64,000 nt of DNA, taken from Amoebidium appalachense. Lineage: Eukaryota > Protista > Ichthyosporea. The notes under the pieces are model-generated. The model was not told the DNA's origin and ran no database searches. It saw nothing but the letters and a program-made list of their open reading frames with translations. The stretch is taken from positions 2,728,001 through 2,792,000 of the forward strand of contig CAVNZM010000010.1 of NCBI GenBank assembly GCA_963693365.1. The letters are read 5' to 3'. This document shows, piece by piece, positions 38,795 to 60,634 of the stretch; positions within the stretch are counted from its first letter, which is position 1; every line of letters starts with the position of its first letter. The position numbers and the translations under genes are program-made.

Positions 38795-41700
38795 GTTTGG
38801 TTGGGCCCCCATCAATCCCCTGCACGTTATTAACCGTGCAAATGTATCCATCTTGTAGTATCCACCTTTCGGTGGTTCACATGTCTACGGTGTAATAAAG
38901 ATGTCCAAACATAGTCCATAAGACGCCTTATGTATATCCATGGGCCATCCCCAAGACTGTAACAATACCACCCATATTACTGTCGTAAAACGATATATCG
39001 TACGGTACAAACGGTCGTTGATGAACAGGCACGGGTCAGCAGCACTCACAATGAAGCCTTGGTCGAGGAGATGGTCACGGAGGGCCTCATACCACTGGCG
39101 CGGTGCCTGTTTTAGGCCGTAGAGCGCCTTGTGGAGCAAGCCGACAGCATGGGGGGCCGAGGGGTTGACGAAGCCAGGGGGCTGCTCAATGTAGATGGTC
39201 TCGTTGACGGTGCCGTTGAGGAATGATGTGTTGACGTCGATGTGGCGCAGAGGCAGACCTTGGGCCACGGAGGTAGCCAAAACCAGCCGGATGGTAGCCA
39301 GCGCAGCCACAGGTGACTCGGTGACGAAATAGTCCTGGCCAGGCTGCTGGTAGTTGCCCCGGGCCACAAGCCGGGCCTTGAAAGCAGTGACGTTGCCGAC
39401 GTTGTCCTGCTTGACCATAAAGACCCAGCCGACCGGAATGACAGTGGAGCCATCCTCTGGACGGGGCACAAGGGTGAAGGTGCCGTTGTCTTCCAGGGCC
39501 TTCGTGACTTGAGCTCACGGTGTGCAGCCTCCTCCCATTTCAGACGCTGGGGACTCTTGAGTGCAGCCCGGACAGTCTTGGGGACAACAATGGTGGAAGC
39601 CTTGATGGGTGTTGATGCAGGAGCCGTAGCCTGGGGGGCAAGGGGGGCCGTAGCAGCAGCCACGTTGGCAGTCGGGCCTCGACGTTGGTCGTTGTACACA
39701 GCGCCACTACGGGTCGTCCGGGGGAGCCGATGTGCAGGCTCGGGCAGGATCGGAATGTCCAATTGATCACTCGGCGCTGTCCCATTCAAGTTGGCTGACA
39801 GACGAGACGAATCAGATTGCTGATCATTCCGGATGATGTGATTGGCTGGCTGATTTGACGAATCAGATGACTCCAAAAATTGATGAATTGCCGGTGCGGG
39901 CGACCAATCAGATGGGACATCACGGAGGGGGTGCAGAATAGCAGCCTCGTCGAACTGCACGTGACGGCTGACGACCATCTTGTGTGCTGCTGGAATCCAG
40001 ACCTTGTAGCCCTTGATGTTAGGAGGGTAGCCCACGAAGATGCCCTTGACAGCACGAGGCGCCAGTTTCGGTGTATCCTGTTGATGGACGTAGCAGGGAG
40101 AGCCCCAGACACGGAGCCGGCTGTAGTCGGGAGGTATGCCGGTCCACAGCGGGGCGGGAGACGATTGGCTGCCGGTGGCTCGCAACCGTTGCGTATAAAA
40201 GCCGCGGTCACAGCTGCCTCGGCCCAGAATCCCACCGGAAGGCCGGACTGCTGCAGGAGTGCCCGAACCATGTCGAGGAGGGTCCGGTTCAGTCGTTCGG
40301 CAGTCCCATTCTGTTGAGGAGAGCCGGTGGTAGTGATCTGATGGCGAATGCCGTGCTCACGGTTGTAGTCCCCGAAGGCCGTGCCCATGTACTCGCCCCC
40401 CCCCCGTCGGACTGAAACACCTGCATGGGAACACCGTGTTGGGTAACCGCCGCCTTGTGGTACGTCACATATGCAGCCAGTGTGTCCGACTTCTTGACGA
40501 GGGGCACGGCCGTGGTGTGGCCGGTGAATTCGTCGTGGAACGTCGCCAAGTACTGAGCACCACCGATCGCTGGAGGGAAGGGGCCGCTGATGTCGCTGTG
40601 AACCTTGGCTAGGACCCGGGGAGCTTGGCTGGTTGATTCGGAGAAGGCAACACGGTGGGCTTTGCCGAGGGCACAGGGCTCACACACACCCGGAGACTTG
40701 GCACCGCCACCCATCAACAGGCCTGCAGACTTGATGACCGAGCGTACAGCGTCAATGCCAGCATGGCCCAGACGGTAGTGCCACGTGTTGAGGTCGGCAG
40801 TAACCTTGAGGATACGCGGAGCAGTGGTGGTTTGGGCGTCCGGGGTTGTGTCCGCGCGCAGAAGAGACACCGCCATGTGGTACAGCTTGGTGCCGACAGC
40901 CGAGCCGGTGGCCAGAACTTGATCGCCGTAGCACAACTTAACGCCGCCGCGGGTGTCAAAGCGGGGTACTAGTAAAACGCCGTTGGTAGATGCCGTGAAC
41001 ACACTGATGAGAGTGTCGGGGATGGAGGGCACGTAGAGTACATCCGTCAGCTGATGCACCGCAGTAACGCCGTCGATGGTGCTGGAAAAGAACACGTCGC
41101 CCACCCCAAGCACTGCACATGCACCCTTGTCGGCTACTTGGACCGTGGAGTAAGGCGCCGCACGCATGTTGACGAACACATCGGGCCGGGGGCACACATG
41201 GTCAGTGGCTCCAGAGTCGAGGAGCACCTTGTTGGTGCCACAGTCGTTGCTAGACATGAGGAAAGCCCGGGGAGCGGCAGCCCCCCCCTTGCACTGTGCC
41301 GTAGTGTGGGTAGTAGAGGCAGGGTGGTTGATGCAGGACCCAGGCGGGAGGGGACCACCCTTAGGTTTGCGGCCGTTGGCACGGTTGCCCCCCTTGCACA
41401 TGGCGGTAGTGTGACTGGTAGACAGTGGGTGGTTGACGCAGGAACCCTTGGGGTAGGTGCTGGCACGGTTGTTGCCAGAGTTGCTGTCACAGTGTTGGCC
41501 GTTGCCGTTGGGGCACTGAGACTTGATGTGGCCTGGTTTGCCGCAGCCGTGGCAGATGACAGGTTGAGGAGCCCGTGTGGTGAAGGCGGCCGGCCCGGAG
41601 CTGGTAGTCACACGTGCACGTGGGTGGCTGGTCTCATATGCCCGTAGCTGTTGGAGGAGGCCCATCACGGTAGGCTTGGGTGTCATCTTGTAGGCAATGA

Positions 41701-41859
41701 CAGGCATTTCGTAGTAAGGCACCTTGCCGAGGTCGTTCCCTCCAACAGTAAAGAGCGCCAACCTAAACAGCGACACCTATGCCCCCCCCCCCCCCCCCCC
41801 CCCCCGCGCGGAAAGCCACACACAAATACGATGACTCATATCAGGCACCCTTGAGCTTA

Positions 41860-42501
41860 GTTCGCAATGGTGCCCATAATCCTACAAGCCCTCGAGCCCA
41901 TTGCCACAACCTTACACGCCGCGACACCCATCCAACAACAAGCACACGCACCTACATAGCACCCAGTCGGGTTTCCTTTGCCATCAAGCACCTTCTGCAC
42001 CTGGCTGAACCCGAAGTGCTCTGCATCCTCCTCAATCATCCGCTGCCGACCCAGAAGCCCCGGGCTCCAAAGGCGCAATGCCTTTTCCCGCTCAGCAGGG
42101 CTGCATGCTGGCTGTGCATCGGCACCCTGCTGGGCTTCCCCCCCACACCTGGGGCCACCATTCCTCGAGTTCTGATCCTGCTGCTGTGCTACCTGCAGGT
42201 GGTCTTGGTATTTTTTCTCAAGGAAGCTGGCCCAGTGGGCGGGCACCTTGCAGCCAACCGTACGTGGCTTGCCAAGCTCTGCAGAAAACCTGCAAGTAAG
42301 TCAACTACATACATGTGCCGAAGAACAGGGCATGCACATGTCTTTGATAGAGTATTTTGGAAAGGGGAAGATGAGCGCTAGAGAGCGGAAGGAGAGTGGG
42401 GGCTGTTTGGGTTAAACCTTTTGATGTGTATTTAATAACCTTGCAGCAAGAGAGGGCTGGAGGTGAGTGCAGAGAAGGAGACGCACCAGGGAGGAGGAGG
42501 A

Positions 42502-42533
<32 letters not shown>

Positions 42534-42743
42534 TGGGGGTGAAGGGGAAGGGGGGGAGGGGGTGCTTGTGCTCAGGCCCAGAAAGCGAGGTGTGTGAGTG
42601 CGGGGAGCAAGTGGAAGACGGATTGGTAGAGGAGGGAAGAATAGGGGAAGGGTACTACTATGGGCAACCTTCCACACCACGTTGAAAATTTCATATCACT
42701 CCACGGCATGGAACGTCACACATAACAGCGAGAAACCAGGGAA

Positions 42744-42778
<35 letters not shown>

Positions 42779-43584
42779 GGGGGGGGAAGAGGGGGGATCA
42801 GAATGTGCTGCCGTACCTACATGTTCGAGGGGGGAGAGGGGGTGGGGGAGCAATGGGTTTGGGACTAAAGTTTCGAAAGATTTGATGCACATGAACAAAA
42901 ACTAAGGGGCAAAATCACTCACGACCTGGAAAACATACATCGAAGGGGAAGAACGATACAAAGGGAGGAGAACGGTAAAGGAGGGAGAGAAGGTGGGGGT
43001 AGAGGGACAGTTTAGGGGGGAGGAGGGGAGGAGGGAGGGGAAGGGGAGAATCATTGTGTTCCTCCAGTATGAGGGGGAGGGGGTTGGAGGGGGGGGGGGG
43101 GGAGGGAGGGGAGGGGACCCGGAGGGGGGGGGGAGGAGACGGTAGGGTGCATGCTTGTCTTCTCAGAGTCATAGAGTCCAAAGAGGAAAAGGGGGATGGG
43201 GGGGGAGGGGGGGGGGGGAGAAGGGGGGAGGGGGGGATGTGAGAGAGAGGGAGGGAGAGAGAGAGGGAGGGAGGGAGAGGGAGGGGGGAGGGGGGGGAGG
43301 GGGGGGGGGGGTTTGCATACTCTCCCAAGTCGAAGCCACTTTAATATGGTGGCACCACACTGGCCCATCTGATGTGCCCACACGTGCAGCCATTGCACCA
43401 TTGCAGTCTTCACTATCACATTCTCAAAATACAAAAGCGTTGTTGTAGTAGTAGAGCACAACCATCCTCCTGTGAATCTCGTGTTAGTTGAAGCTTGGTA
43501 TGGAGGCTGTTTCTAAGACACCACATGTACTTGTTTCGTGTCAGTGATCCCCTTCCCCCCCCCCCCCTCACCCCCCTCCCCTCC

Positions 43585-43615
<31 letters not shown>

Positions 43616-44744
43616 AAAAAAGGCAGAAAAAATCATACATATAAAGAAAAGGCCCCACGAGCACCAAGAACAATTACTTGCCAAGCACACAGGCACACAA
43701 GCCCACAAGTAGGCAGCAAAACAGGCAGGCAGCCACAGGTGCAGGAATGCACACAGGGCAGAAGGTCACATGCAGGCATGCGCAAAGCAGACAGGCAGCC
43801 AGAAGACAGGCACACGGGCAGAGGCATCTACCGTTGGCAAGCACACACAAAGGCGGACAGGTAGCCGGGCACAAAGGTGGGGAATCGCACAGAGATGGAG
43901 GCAGGTAGGAGAAAGAAAGAGAGGGAGGTGGGGAGGACACCCATAATAGTCGGTCAGTCAACAAAGGTGTAACAGGCACACGCGCTAAAGCACACACACG
44001 TATGCACCACAAAAAATGTGTAAACCTGCTTTACATACCGTCGATCGGGGCCTCTTGGGTTTCTGCCCTTGACAAGAAAAATGTGCCGCCTATAAGCTCA
44101 GGGGCTGGGCTAGCTCCCTCCTCCGCAGCCGCAACCAGTGATATCATCTCGCGCTGCTCCTTTGGCAACGGCAGACTACCAGTGCAGACTTCAACTACCG
44201 GCTTGTGCATGGCATGATACCTGCAATCGGTTTCCTGCTTTTGCTGCAGAACTTGCTCAAGTTGGCAACCAAAGCAATACTTCGTACTCTGTGCCAGCAA
44301 TTCGTAGCAGTCGAAGCAGAGTCGGAAACTCGTGGTACGGTTTGCATATGACTCCTCTACCTTACGACGCCGCTTTCCGTGCTCGTCGTTGAGCTCACTC
44401 TCGGGTTTGCGCTTATTCAAATTCAGCTCACGTGCGCGCTGCAGCTGTAGGTCCTTTTTTCGCTTTTGAGGTAGTCCCTTTTCGTTACCCCGTAGCAGGT
44501 TGGTTGTATCGCGAAGGTGATTGCCAAAAGCGTTCTCTCGTGCGTCTGTGTGCGGAGCATGTTTAGGCACATTTTCCTCCCGTTCACCGCCATTTTCGGT
44601 GTCTGGGTTCATAGACACATCCTCTTGCTCGTCGTTGCCTACTGTTCCTAGAAACCCAAGCCCTAGAAGTTCTTCCAATACTGCCAGAAGTTCTCGGTCT
44701 CGTTCTACATCCATTTTCAAGCCCCGTTTGGTGCACAACAGCAC
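41860..44744 (-). pseudogene. Decayed intron-containing gene with Cys/His motifs, possibly a KDZ/Zisupton-type transposase
   Basis: 237-aa ORF 44031-44744 (KRK/KRRRK, CFDC-x10-CFGC) ends at a GTATGT donor. A downstream exon near 43320-43470 reads ...F*ECDSEDC...WCHHIKVA (SWIM-like), with more coding-like sequence at 41860-42290. Exon phases are unresolved. Confidence 0.3.
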
Positions 44745-45680
44745 CCCCTAAACGTCCGGAGCTAAGCTAAACATGTGGTGTTTGTTCCCTTTCCTAAGTC
44801 ACACTCCGGCAGACACTCAGGCATGGAGTTTGGTGTGGCACGTTAGGACAGAGCAACGAACGTGCCCACTGCCCAGACTGCACAGCGCTGATTGGATTAT
44901 GTACGCGCCTTTTTCTATAATCCAATGACAAAGTTTTTCTAAAGATGGGTAATGATAATGCGCCATTCCGCTCCGGTCACACTTCAAAGCGTCGTATGAC
45001 GTGGTTTCTATAGGCATCCGAGTAAAGACTAATGATATAAAGTGTCTTAGATGCAAACATGATACATATATAAAGTGTCCTGCTACTATTTTTTTGCTAA
45101 CTTTGGCATTTCTGTGAGAGTACACACCTAAGGTTTTGAGCGATAGCAGCAAATACACATAATCAACCCATTTCTATAACACGCACTTTCTTGGAATGCC
45201 GACGCGGATGCATATGCCATATTTAGCAGTCGACCTTCCTTCGTATAGACCCGTCATGCCTGACTATGGCGTAGTCATGAGTCATGACTGTTGGCGGATA
45301 GGTGGCCCATCTCGAACCAGGTGAGGGTCCGAAAAAAGCAAGGGTCTGGAGCTGGCCGCCGCAGGCTTCGGCAGGGGAAGTAGCAGTTTGCAAAACATAG
45401 TTCACGGTGCCCGCACTAACTTGACCCACGACAAGCAGCTGCATAGACACCAGCACCCACTATTTGGGGCTTTTTAGCGTGGGTGGGCGGCGCGCTTTGG
45501 TTGAGAAGCATTTGAGAAGGCACCATAGCAAGAGGGAGTGAACCCACTGTAGCAGTTTCGGTAGTGCCTGTGTTGCTGGTCAGCTAGCCACAGGCCGCTG
45601 CCTTCTAATTTATACCGGGGACACGGGACAGCCACTTGCCTTTATTCCTTCTATCCCCTTGTAGTCACAGTGTAGGCACC

Positions 45681-46484
45681 ATGGCCAAGGGCAAGGACCC
45701 CCCCACCGAGGTCACAGCCAGACCCGGGCCAGGCCTCAAGCTGACAACCGCAGCAACCCCAGAAGAGGCCGTAAACTGCATGAAGAGGCTGTTTGCGGTG
45801 GGGGACACACACACACCAAACACGCACGCACGCACAGGCATACACGCACAAGTACACACACGGTGTGCGCGAGCGTGCGTGCGCACGCGCACACAGGAGC
45901 ACGGTACCAAGTGCCCACCACACATGCGAAAGTACGCACGTTCCGAACCAACTACACACGCACGCACGCACGCACGCACACACGCACACAAGCACACACA
46001 CAAACACACACATCACACACACTCACAGGCGCGCGCGCGCGCGCGTGCACGCGAGCGCGCTCACACACACACCTCTTACATGCACGTACACAAAGTCATA
46101 ACCCAGGGCAAAAAAACACATCAAGCACAAGCGCAGCACACCATAGCTGAAAGTTTTTGGGAGAGAGCACAAAAGGGTTCACACACACCTGAATACCGTG
46201 CAATGCTCATATGCCGCACAAAACACACACTGCAAACCAGCACGTTACGTTTAATAGGATAGAGTGCACCAATATTCAGGTACACCGTCAATTAAAGCGC
46301 TTGCTTGCCATTCACGCTTGCCGAAATATGCATACACACGTGCATATCATATGACAAGTCCAAAAAAGGCGTATATACAGCATTAGAGAGTGGCCATAAA
46401 ACAAGGGCTCACACTCGATTCTATCGGGTGCCCGTACACACGGGCTCACACCTATACCTGCACACACAGGTACAGGCAGGCAGG

Positions 46485-46517
<33 letters not shown>

Positions 46518-46545
46518 CGCACACACACACACACAACACACGCAC

Positions 46546-46636
<91 letters not shown>

Positions 46637-48037
46637 TCACACTCGCACTCGCACTCGCACTCGCACTTACACTCATACAAGCACACGCACATGCACGCTC
46701 ACAGGTATACACACACGTGCGCGCTACACACGCACACACACATACACACAATACTAAACGCAAATTGCACATACAAGCCACATGCACGGCGCAGGCATAC
46801 CTGCATGCACCACAAGCCAACATCAGCCAGCTGGCACATTGTGCCGAAAACATGCTTATGGTCTAGTCTACACCTAGTATCTTCCACAAACACACCTGAC
46901 GTATGGTCAGGCACTGACACGTATGCCCGTGCAGTCACCCCCCACCCCAGGGGGTGGCTCGGGCTCTGCATGGGACCTGGCCACCCCACCACCACCGTGT
47001 GTGCGCACAGTCACAGGTCTTCAGGCACCTGGGGCCACCCCAGCAAAAAACGTGCTTGGGTGGGTGCTCTCCCTCCCCTTCCCCCCCCTCCCCCCTCCCC
47101 CCTCCCCCCCCCGGCGCCCCGTCTGCCCGCCTTGCAGTAGCCGGGTGTGTGTGCCCAGCCCGCTTACACAACCCACAGGGGCCACAGGGCCGGGCTGTTG
47201 CCTCCAAGCACAGCCGCGACCAAGCGCCAACGGTCGGCACAAAAGAGAGGTAAGTGGGTTACTGTGGTGTGCGTGTGTGTGGAGTTTGGGGGGGGGGGGG
47301 GGGGGGCAGTGCTGATGGGCATGGGACAGGGCCCAACGTCAACCCGTTTACCCCACAGCCAAGCCTGCCTGCTGCACGCACCCCCCACAGAGGTGGCGGA
47401 GGGTAGGTGCACAAGGGGGGGAGGGGGTGCTATTGGGGGGGACTTGCTGAAGACATCACAGGGGCAGTGGAGGGGTCGAGGTATGCGGCCGAGTTTGAGG
47501 AGGTGGGGCTGCTGGGGGCAGGACAGTATGGCACAGTGGCAAAGGCCATCAACAGGCTGGATGGATGCATGTATGCCGTCAAGAGGACAAAGAAGCCCTT
47601 CAGAGGGTCGGCTGAGGAGTAAGGGGGGGGGGGGGGAAGGGGGGGGGGGGGGGGGGGGGAGGGGAGAGGGTTATGCTGACAGCCGCACAGGCAGGAGATG
47701 CTGCGTGAGGTGTATGCGCATGCGGTGCTGGGGGCCAGCAACCACGTGGTGCGCTACTACAGTGCCTGGGAGGAGGACGGCCACATGCTGATTCAGAACG
47801 AGTACTGCCCTCATGGCTCCCTGCACGACCTGATGGAACAACGCAACGAGGTGCCCCAGCAGGCAGAGCTGGCTGACATGTTGCTGCAGCTGGCGGAGGT
47901 GGGAGGGGAGGGGGAGGGGGGGGGGGGTGGGGGTGGGGGGATGCTGACAGGAGGGGACACGTGCAGGGGTTGAAGTTTCTGCACGCACACCAGATAGTGC
48001 ACATGGACCTAAAGCCAGGTAACATGCACACCATGCA

Positions 48038-48077
<40 letters not shown>

Positions 48078-48768
48078 TGGGGAAGTTGGCTGACCGAGGC
48101 CACAGGGAACGTGTTTGTGGCCAGTGCATGGGATGACCCTCAGCCGGAACAGGTGTGTGTCTCTCTCTTGTGTGTGTTTGTGGGGGGGGGGGGGGGGGGG
48201 GGGGGGTGCGTGTGGCGGTGTGTGCGTGCCTGCGTGCATGTTTTCCTGTGTGTGTGTGTGCTGACACATGGGCTGCAGCTGCCAGCCATTGCCGAGGAAA
48301 CAGCCCAACCCGCAGCCACACCTGATGACACTAAGAAGGTAGTGGGGATGTGGCAGGTGCATGGTGAGGAAAGGATGGGTAGTTAAAACTAACGGGCACA
48401 GGCACAGACAGAGACAGGCACGGTGGCAGCCACACCCCAGCCATCACCGCCAAGGGCCAGTGGGGGCAGCATGGACACGGCAGGGGAGGAGGGCAAACAG
48501 AAACGACCACTAGTCAACCATCGGGTAGGGGGAGGGGTGTGTGTGTGTGCATGGCATGAGGCATGCCTGCATAGAGATGGGGGGTGGAGGGCGGGCGGGG
48601 GGGGGGGGGGGGGGGGGGGGGGGGAGGGGGGAGGGGAGGGGGGGGGGGAGGGGAGGTGGGGAAGTGTGTTCATGTGTGTGTGTGTGTGCGTGTGCGCGCG
48701 CGCGTGTGTGTGTGTGCATGTGTGTGTGTGTGTGTGTGTATGTTTCGAGGGGGGTTTTTTTTTTTTCC

Positions 48769-48799
<31 letters not shown>

Positions 48800-49858
48800 T
48801 CTCATTTTGACGGGTGGTTGGTGGAGTATGTGTACAAGATCGGAGACCTGGGCCATGCCACGTCCCTTGTGGCGCCGCAGATTACAGACGAGGGGGACTG
48901 CAGATACCTGCCTATGGAGGTGCTGCAGGTGGGTGCTGGTGTGGTCGTGTGTATATGCGTGTGCTTGCATGGGTCTGTTGCTGAGCGGCAGGTTTATGTA
49001 TGTATCGTGTGACGCATGTGTGGGTTGTCATCCTGTCTTTGCCGGGTGGCAGGTCAGAATCCCCCTATGTGATAATATAGAGCATTCAACAGGTCACAAT
49101 ACCTGCCGACTTTTTGTCGCATTTTTTGGTTCTCACTCTTTCCTCTAATGATCAGAGCCCATTACATGCTTGGTATCGAACTGAGAGGAAGAAAGACGGC
49201 CATTTTGATACCAGTGGCCACTGTACACAGCTCGAAGTCACATGCTATATAACAGGGAGGTCTTGATTCATACACCCCGCATGCTAGCAGGAAAAGTAAT
49301 AATCGCACTGTCCAACGCGATTTGCCAATCAAATGGCTTGGCTTGAATTCGCAGTCTCCCCGCTGGCATTCGTTAAGCAGCAGATCGGACTGGCCATTGT
49401 GGCAGGGACCGTCGTTGTGTTCGCTAATTCAAGTTCTAGTATTCGCAAAATTGTTGGTTTCACTTTTGTCAAGGAACAATGTGTATCAGGAGAAAGCCAT
49501 CTTATCCTCTCCATAATGAACCCCGCGTAAAGGGGTAATGTGCGTTTACTGTTTCCAGCCTGTTTTCTTTCATGTTTCTGGGCAAAGGACAGGCCCACCG
49601 TGTTTGTTGTGTGCGTGCGAGCATGCTGCCAATTGGGCGGTGTGACCATGCAGGGTGCTGAGGGGGTGGTTTGCAGGAAACATACAAGGATCTGCGCAAG
49701 GCAGACATATTCTCTCTGGGCATCAGCATCTGGGAGCTGGTAGGTGGGGGGTGGGGTGGGGGAGATATGGGGGGGGAGGAGGGGGCGGGGGTGGTATGGG
49801 AGATACATAAGGTGGGGGGCTGCGTATGGGAGGTATGGGTGGGGTAAGGAAGTTATGG

Positions 49859-49900
<42 letters not shown>

Positions 49901-50031
49901 ATGGGCGATATATTTGGGGGGGGGGGGGGGGGGGGGGAAGGGGGTGAGGAGGGAGGAATGTATGGGGGAGGTAGGGTATGTGAGGTATAAGTGAGGGGTA
50001 AGCGTATGGCTGATTTATATTGGTCGGGAGG

Positions 50032-50062
<31 letters not shown>

Positions 50063-51277
50063 TATGGGAGATGGTAGGTGGTTGGGCTCAGTTTATGGGA
50101 AATAAAGTAGGTATGGGCGGTATATGTGGGAAGTAGGTATGTGGGGGGGGGTAAGATATGGGCGATTGTATGGCGTTGGTGATGGCTGTTGGGGTTTGGT
50201 TCTGTGTCGTGGCGGTGGGCATGCGGGTCTAACGGCAGCTGCAGGGCACAGGCACCAGCCTGCCGCTAAATGGGGACCAGTGGCAGGCCCTGAGGGAGGG
50301 CAGAGTGCCCAACATGGAGCAGTGTAGTGACCAGTTCAATGTGCTGGTGCAGGTGCTTGCATGGTGCCTGTGTGTGCATGCATGTGTGTGCATGGTGCCA
50401 TGGTGCCTGTGTGTGTGCTGCATGCATGGTGCCTGTGTGTGTGCTTCATGCATGGTGCCTGTGTGTGTGCTGCATGCATGGTGCCTGTGTGTGTGCTGCA
50501 TGCTTGGTGCCTGTGTGTGTGCTGCGTGCATGGTGCCTGTGTGTGTGCTGCGTGCATGGTGCCTGTGTGTGTGCTGCGTGCTTGGTGCCTGTGTGTGTGC
50601 TGCGTGCATGGTGCCTGTGTGTGTGCTGCGTGCATAGTGCCTGTGTGGGTGCTGCGTGCATGGTGCCTGTGTGTGCTGCACCCTGACTGTGTGTGCTGCA
50701 CCCGGACTGTGTGTGCTGCACCCTGACTGTGTGTGCAGGCCATGATGGCAGCCGATGCTGCGCAGCGGCCCACAGCCGAGGATGTCGTGCGGCAAGTGGA
50801 GGAGATGCTTGCAGCCACCCTGCCCACGTCCAAGAAGTCACGCACACAAGCACGTGCCTGCCTGCCCGTGCACCTGCATGTGCCTGATGGCTGGATGCTG
50901 ACCTGCGCGTGCATGCACGTACTACCCACTCATGCCTATGTGCATGTACAGCTGTGTGATCCGGGACTTACATGCAAGCACGGGAGTCCTAGTGTTCATT
51001 GTTGCACGGGCACGTGCACAAGCATTGTGTGTGCCGGATGCCCCATGCAGTGTGGGCCAGCCACCTGCCTACTTTACTTGCGTAAAATGTGTTTGCCTCT
51101 ATGTTTATCTAAATTACTTGCATATATACTGTGTGTCTGCAGCTTGCGCTGGAGCTAGACCGCATCAAGCAGCAGTCCCAGCAGCTGAAAAGGGAGCTGG
51201 CCCTGGCCCGTCGCCAGCCCCAGAGGGCGCCATGCATGCTGCAGGATGGCGAGGTGGGTGCCTGCTGGCTGGGCCAT

Positions 51278-51315
<38 letters not shown>

Positions 51316-51386
51316 GGCAGGGCGCTAACATGGGGGGTCAGACGAGCCTTGCACGGTTCAAGCGCAGCCAGAGCACGCAGTGGTAG
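45681..51386 (+). CDS. WEE1: WEE1-like protein kinase, multi-exon
   Basis: SRYAAEFEEVGLLGAGQYGTV...RLDGCMYAVKRTKKP; LREVYAHAVLG...HVVRYYSAWEEDGHMLIQNEYC; VHMDLKPGN; YKIGDLGH...EGDCRYL; KADIFSLG; LPLNGDQWQALREG; C-terminal coiled coil and RSQS motif; stop TAG 51384-86. Confidence 0.95.
50353..50738. repeat. Intronic minisatellite (GCATGGTGCCTGTGTGTGTGCTGCRT)n plus a triplicated branch-site unit
   Basis: Visible tandem copies filling a WEE1 intron. Confidence 0.9.
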
Positions 51387-51396
51387 CTGATTTTGG

Positions 51397-60019
<8,623 letters not shown>

Positions 60020-60418
60020 GGCGCCTGCCTGCCGCCCTGCACCCACACACCTGCCTGCCCTTTATCCCCCTGTGCGCTAGCTAGGAGCTACGGTACATGT
60101 GCGTCACACAACAGGCACGCAAAGGCCTCTTGCACACGCTTCTATCAGTCTCTAGTTATTTAGTTATAACTTGTCCCTGCCTCTTTCTTCTGTCAGCTGG
60201 GCGTTGACTGAGCCGCGATTACGTGATCGTCTGCAGCCAGCCCCAAGAAAGAAATTTATAACTTATACTTGCTTTCATTGCTTTATTCGCTCGACTCACA
60301 CTACACAATACCGGATCAAATCGTCCCAAAATACACAAACCCGATTCGGCCCACTGGACCGAATCCGCTAGAAGCTACTGCTACCGAGGGAGCACACACC
60401 CCCAGACACACACACACA

Positions 60419-60484
<66 letters not shown>

Positions 60485-60555
60485 AATGCCCGTGTGCAGA
60501 TATCTATGTTGTGCGCGTCCGCGCGCGCAGGCGTGTGTGTGGTGTGCACGTGCGC

Positions 60556-60634
<79 letters not shown>

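Larger units (their letters stand above)
35019..39011. mobile_element. ~4-kb non-coding, satellite-bearing insertion splitting the Copia RT
   Basis: The RT reading ...DPCLFINDR resumes as PGTNKQLMVVHIDD on the other side; flanks ctgtc/cggtc. The interior has (TA)n, GACGTC-rich ends and tandem repeats. Confidence 0.8.
33950..41776 (-). mobile_element. Ty1/Copia LTR retrotransposon gag-pol, 5'-truncated, frameshifted and interrupted
   Basis: Domain order Gag knuckle (CHGCGKPGHIKSQC) - protease (LLDSGATDH) - integrase (WHYRLGH, CEPC, VHSDISGP, SDGGG, QQNGTAERLNRTL) - RT (FKARLVARG, LHKALYGLKQAPRQWY, HIDD) - RNase H (YVDADWAG, EDNQACI, RTKHIDIKYH, ADMLTKAL). Several frameshifts. Confidence 0.95.

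Noticed and set aside
45480-45520. E2F/CHR elements in the WEE1 promoter
   Set aside because: GGCGGCGCGCTTT and TTTGAG do not match the canonical motifs.
49040-49545. Helitron 3' end in a WEE1 intron (ACCCC...GGGGT hairpin)
   Set aside because: No CTRR terminus after the hairpin; boundaries undefined.
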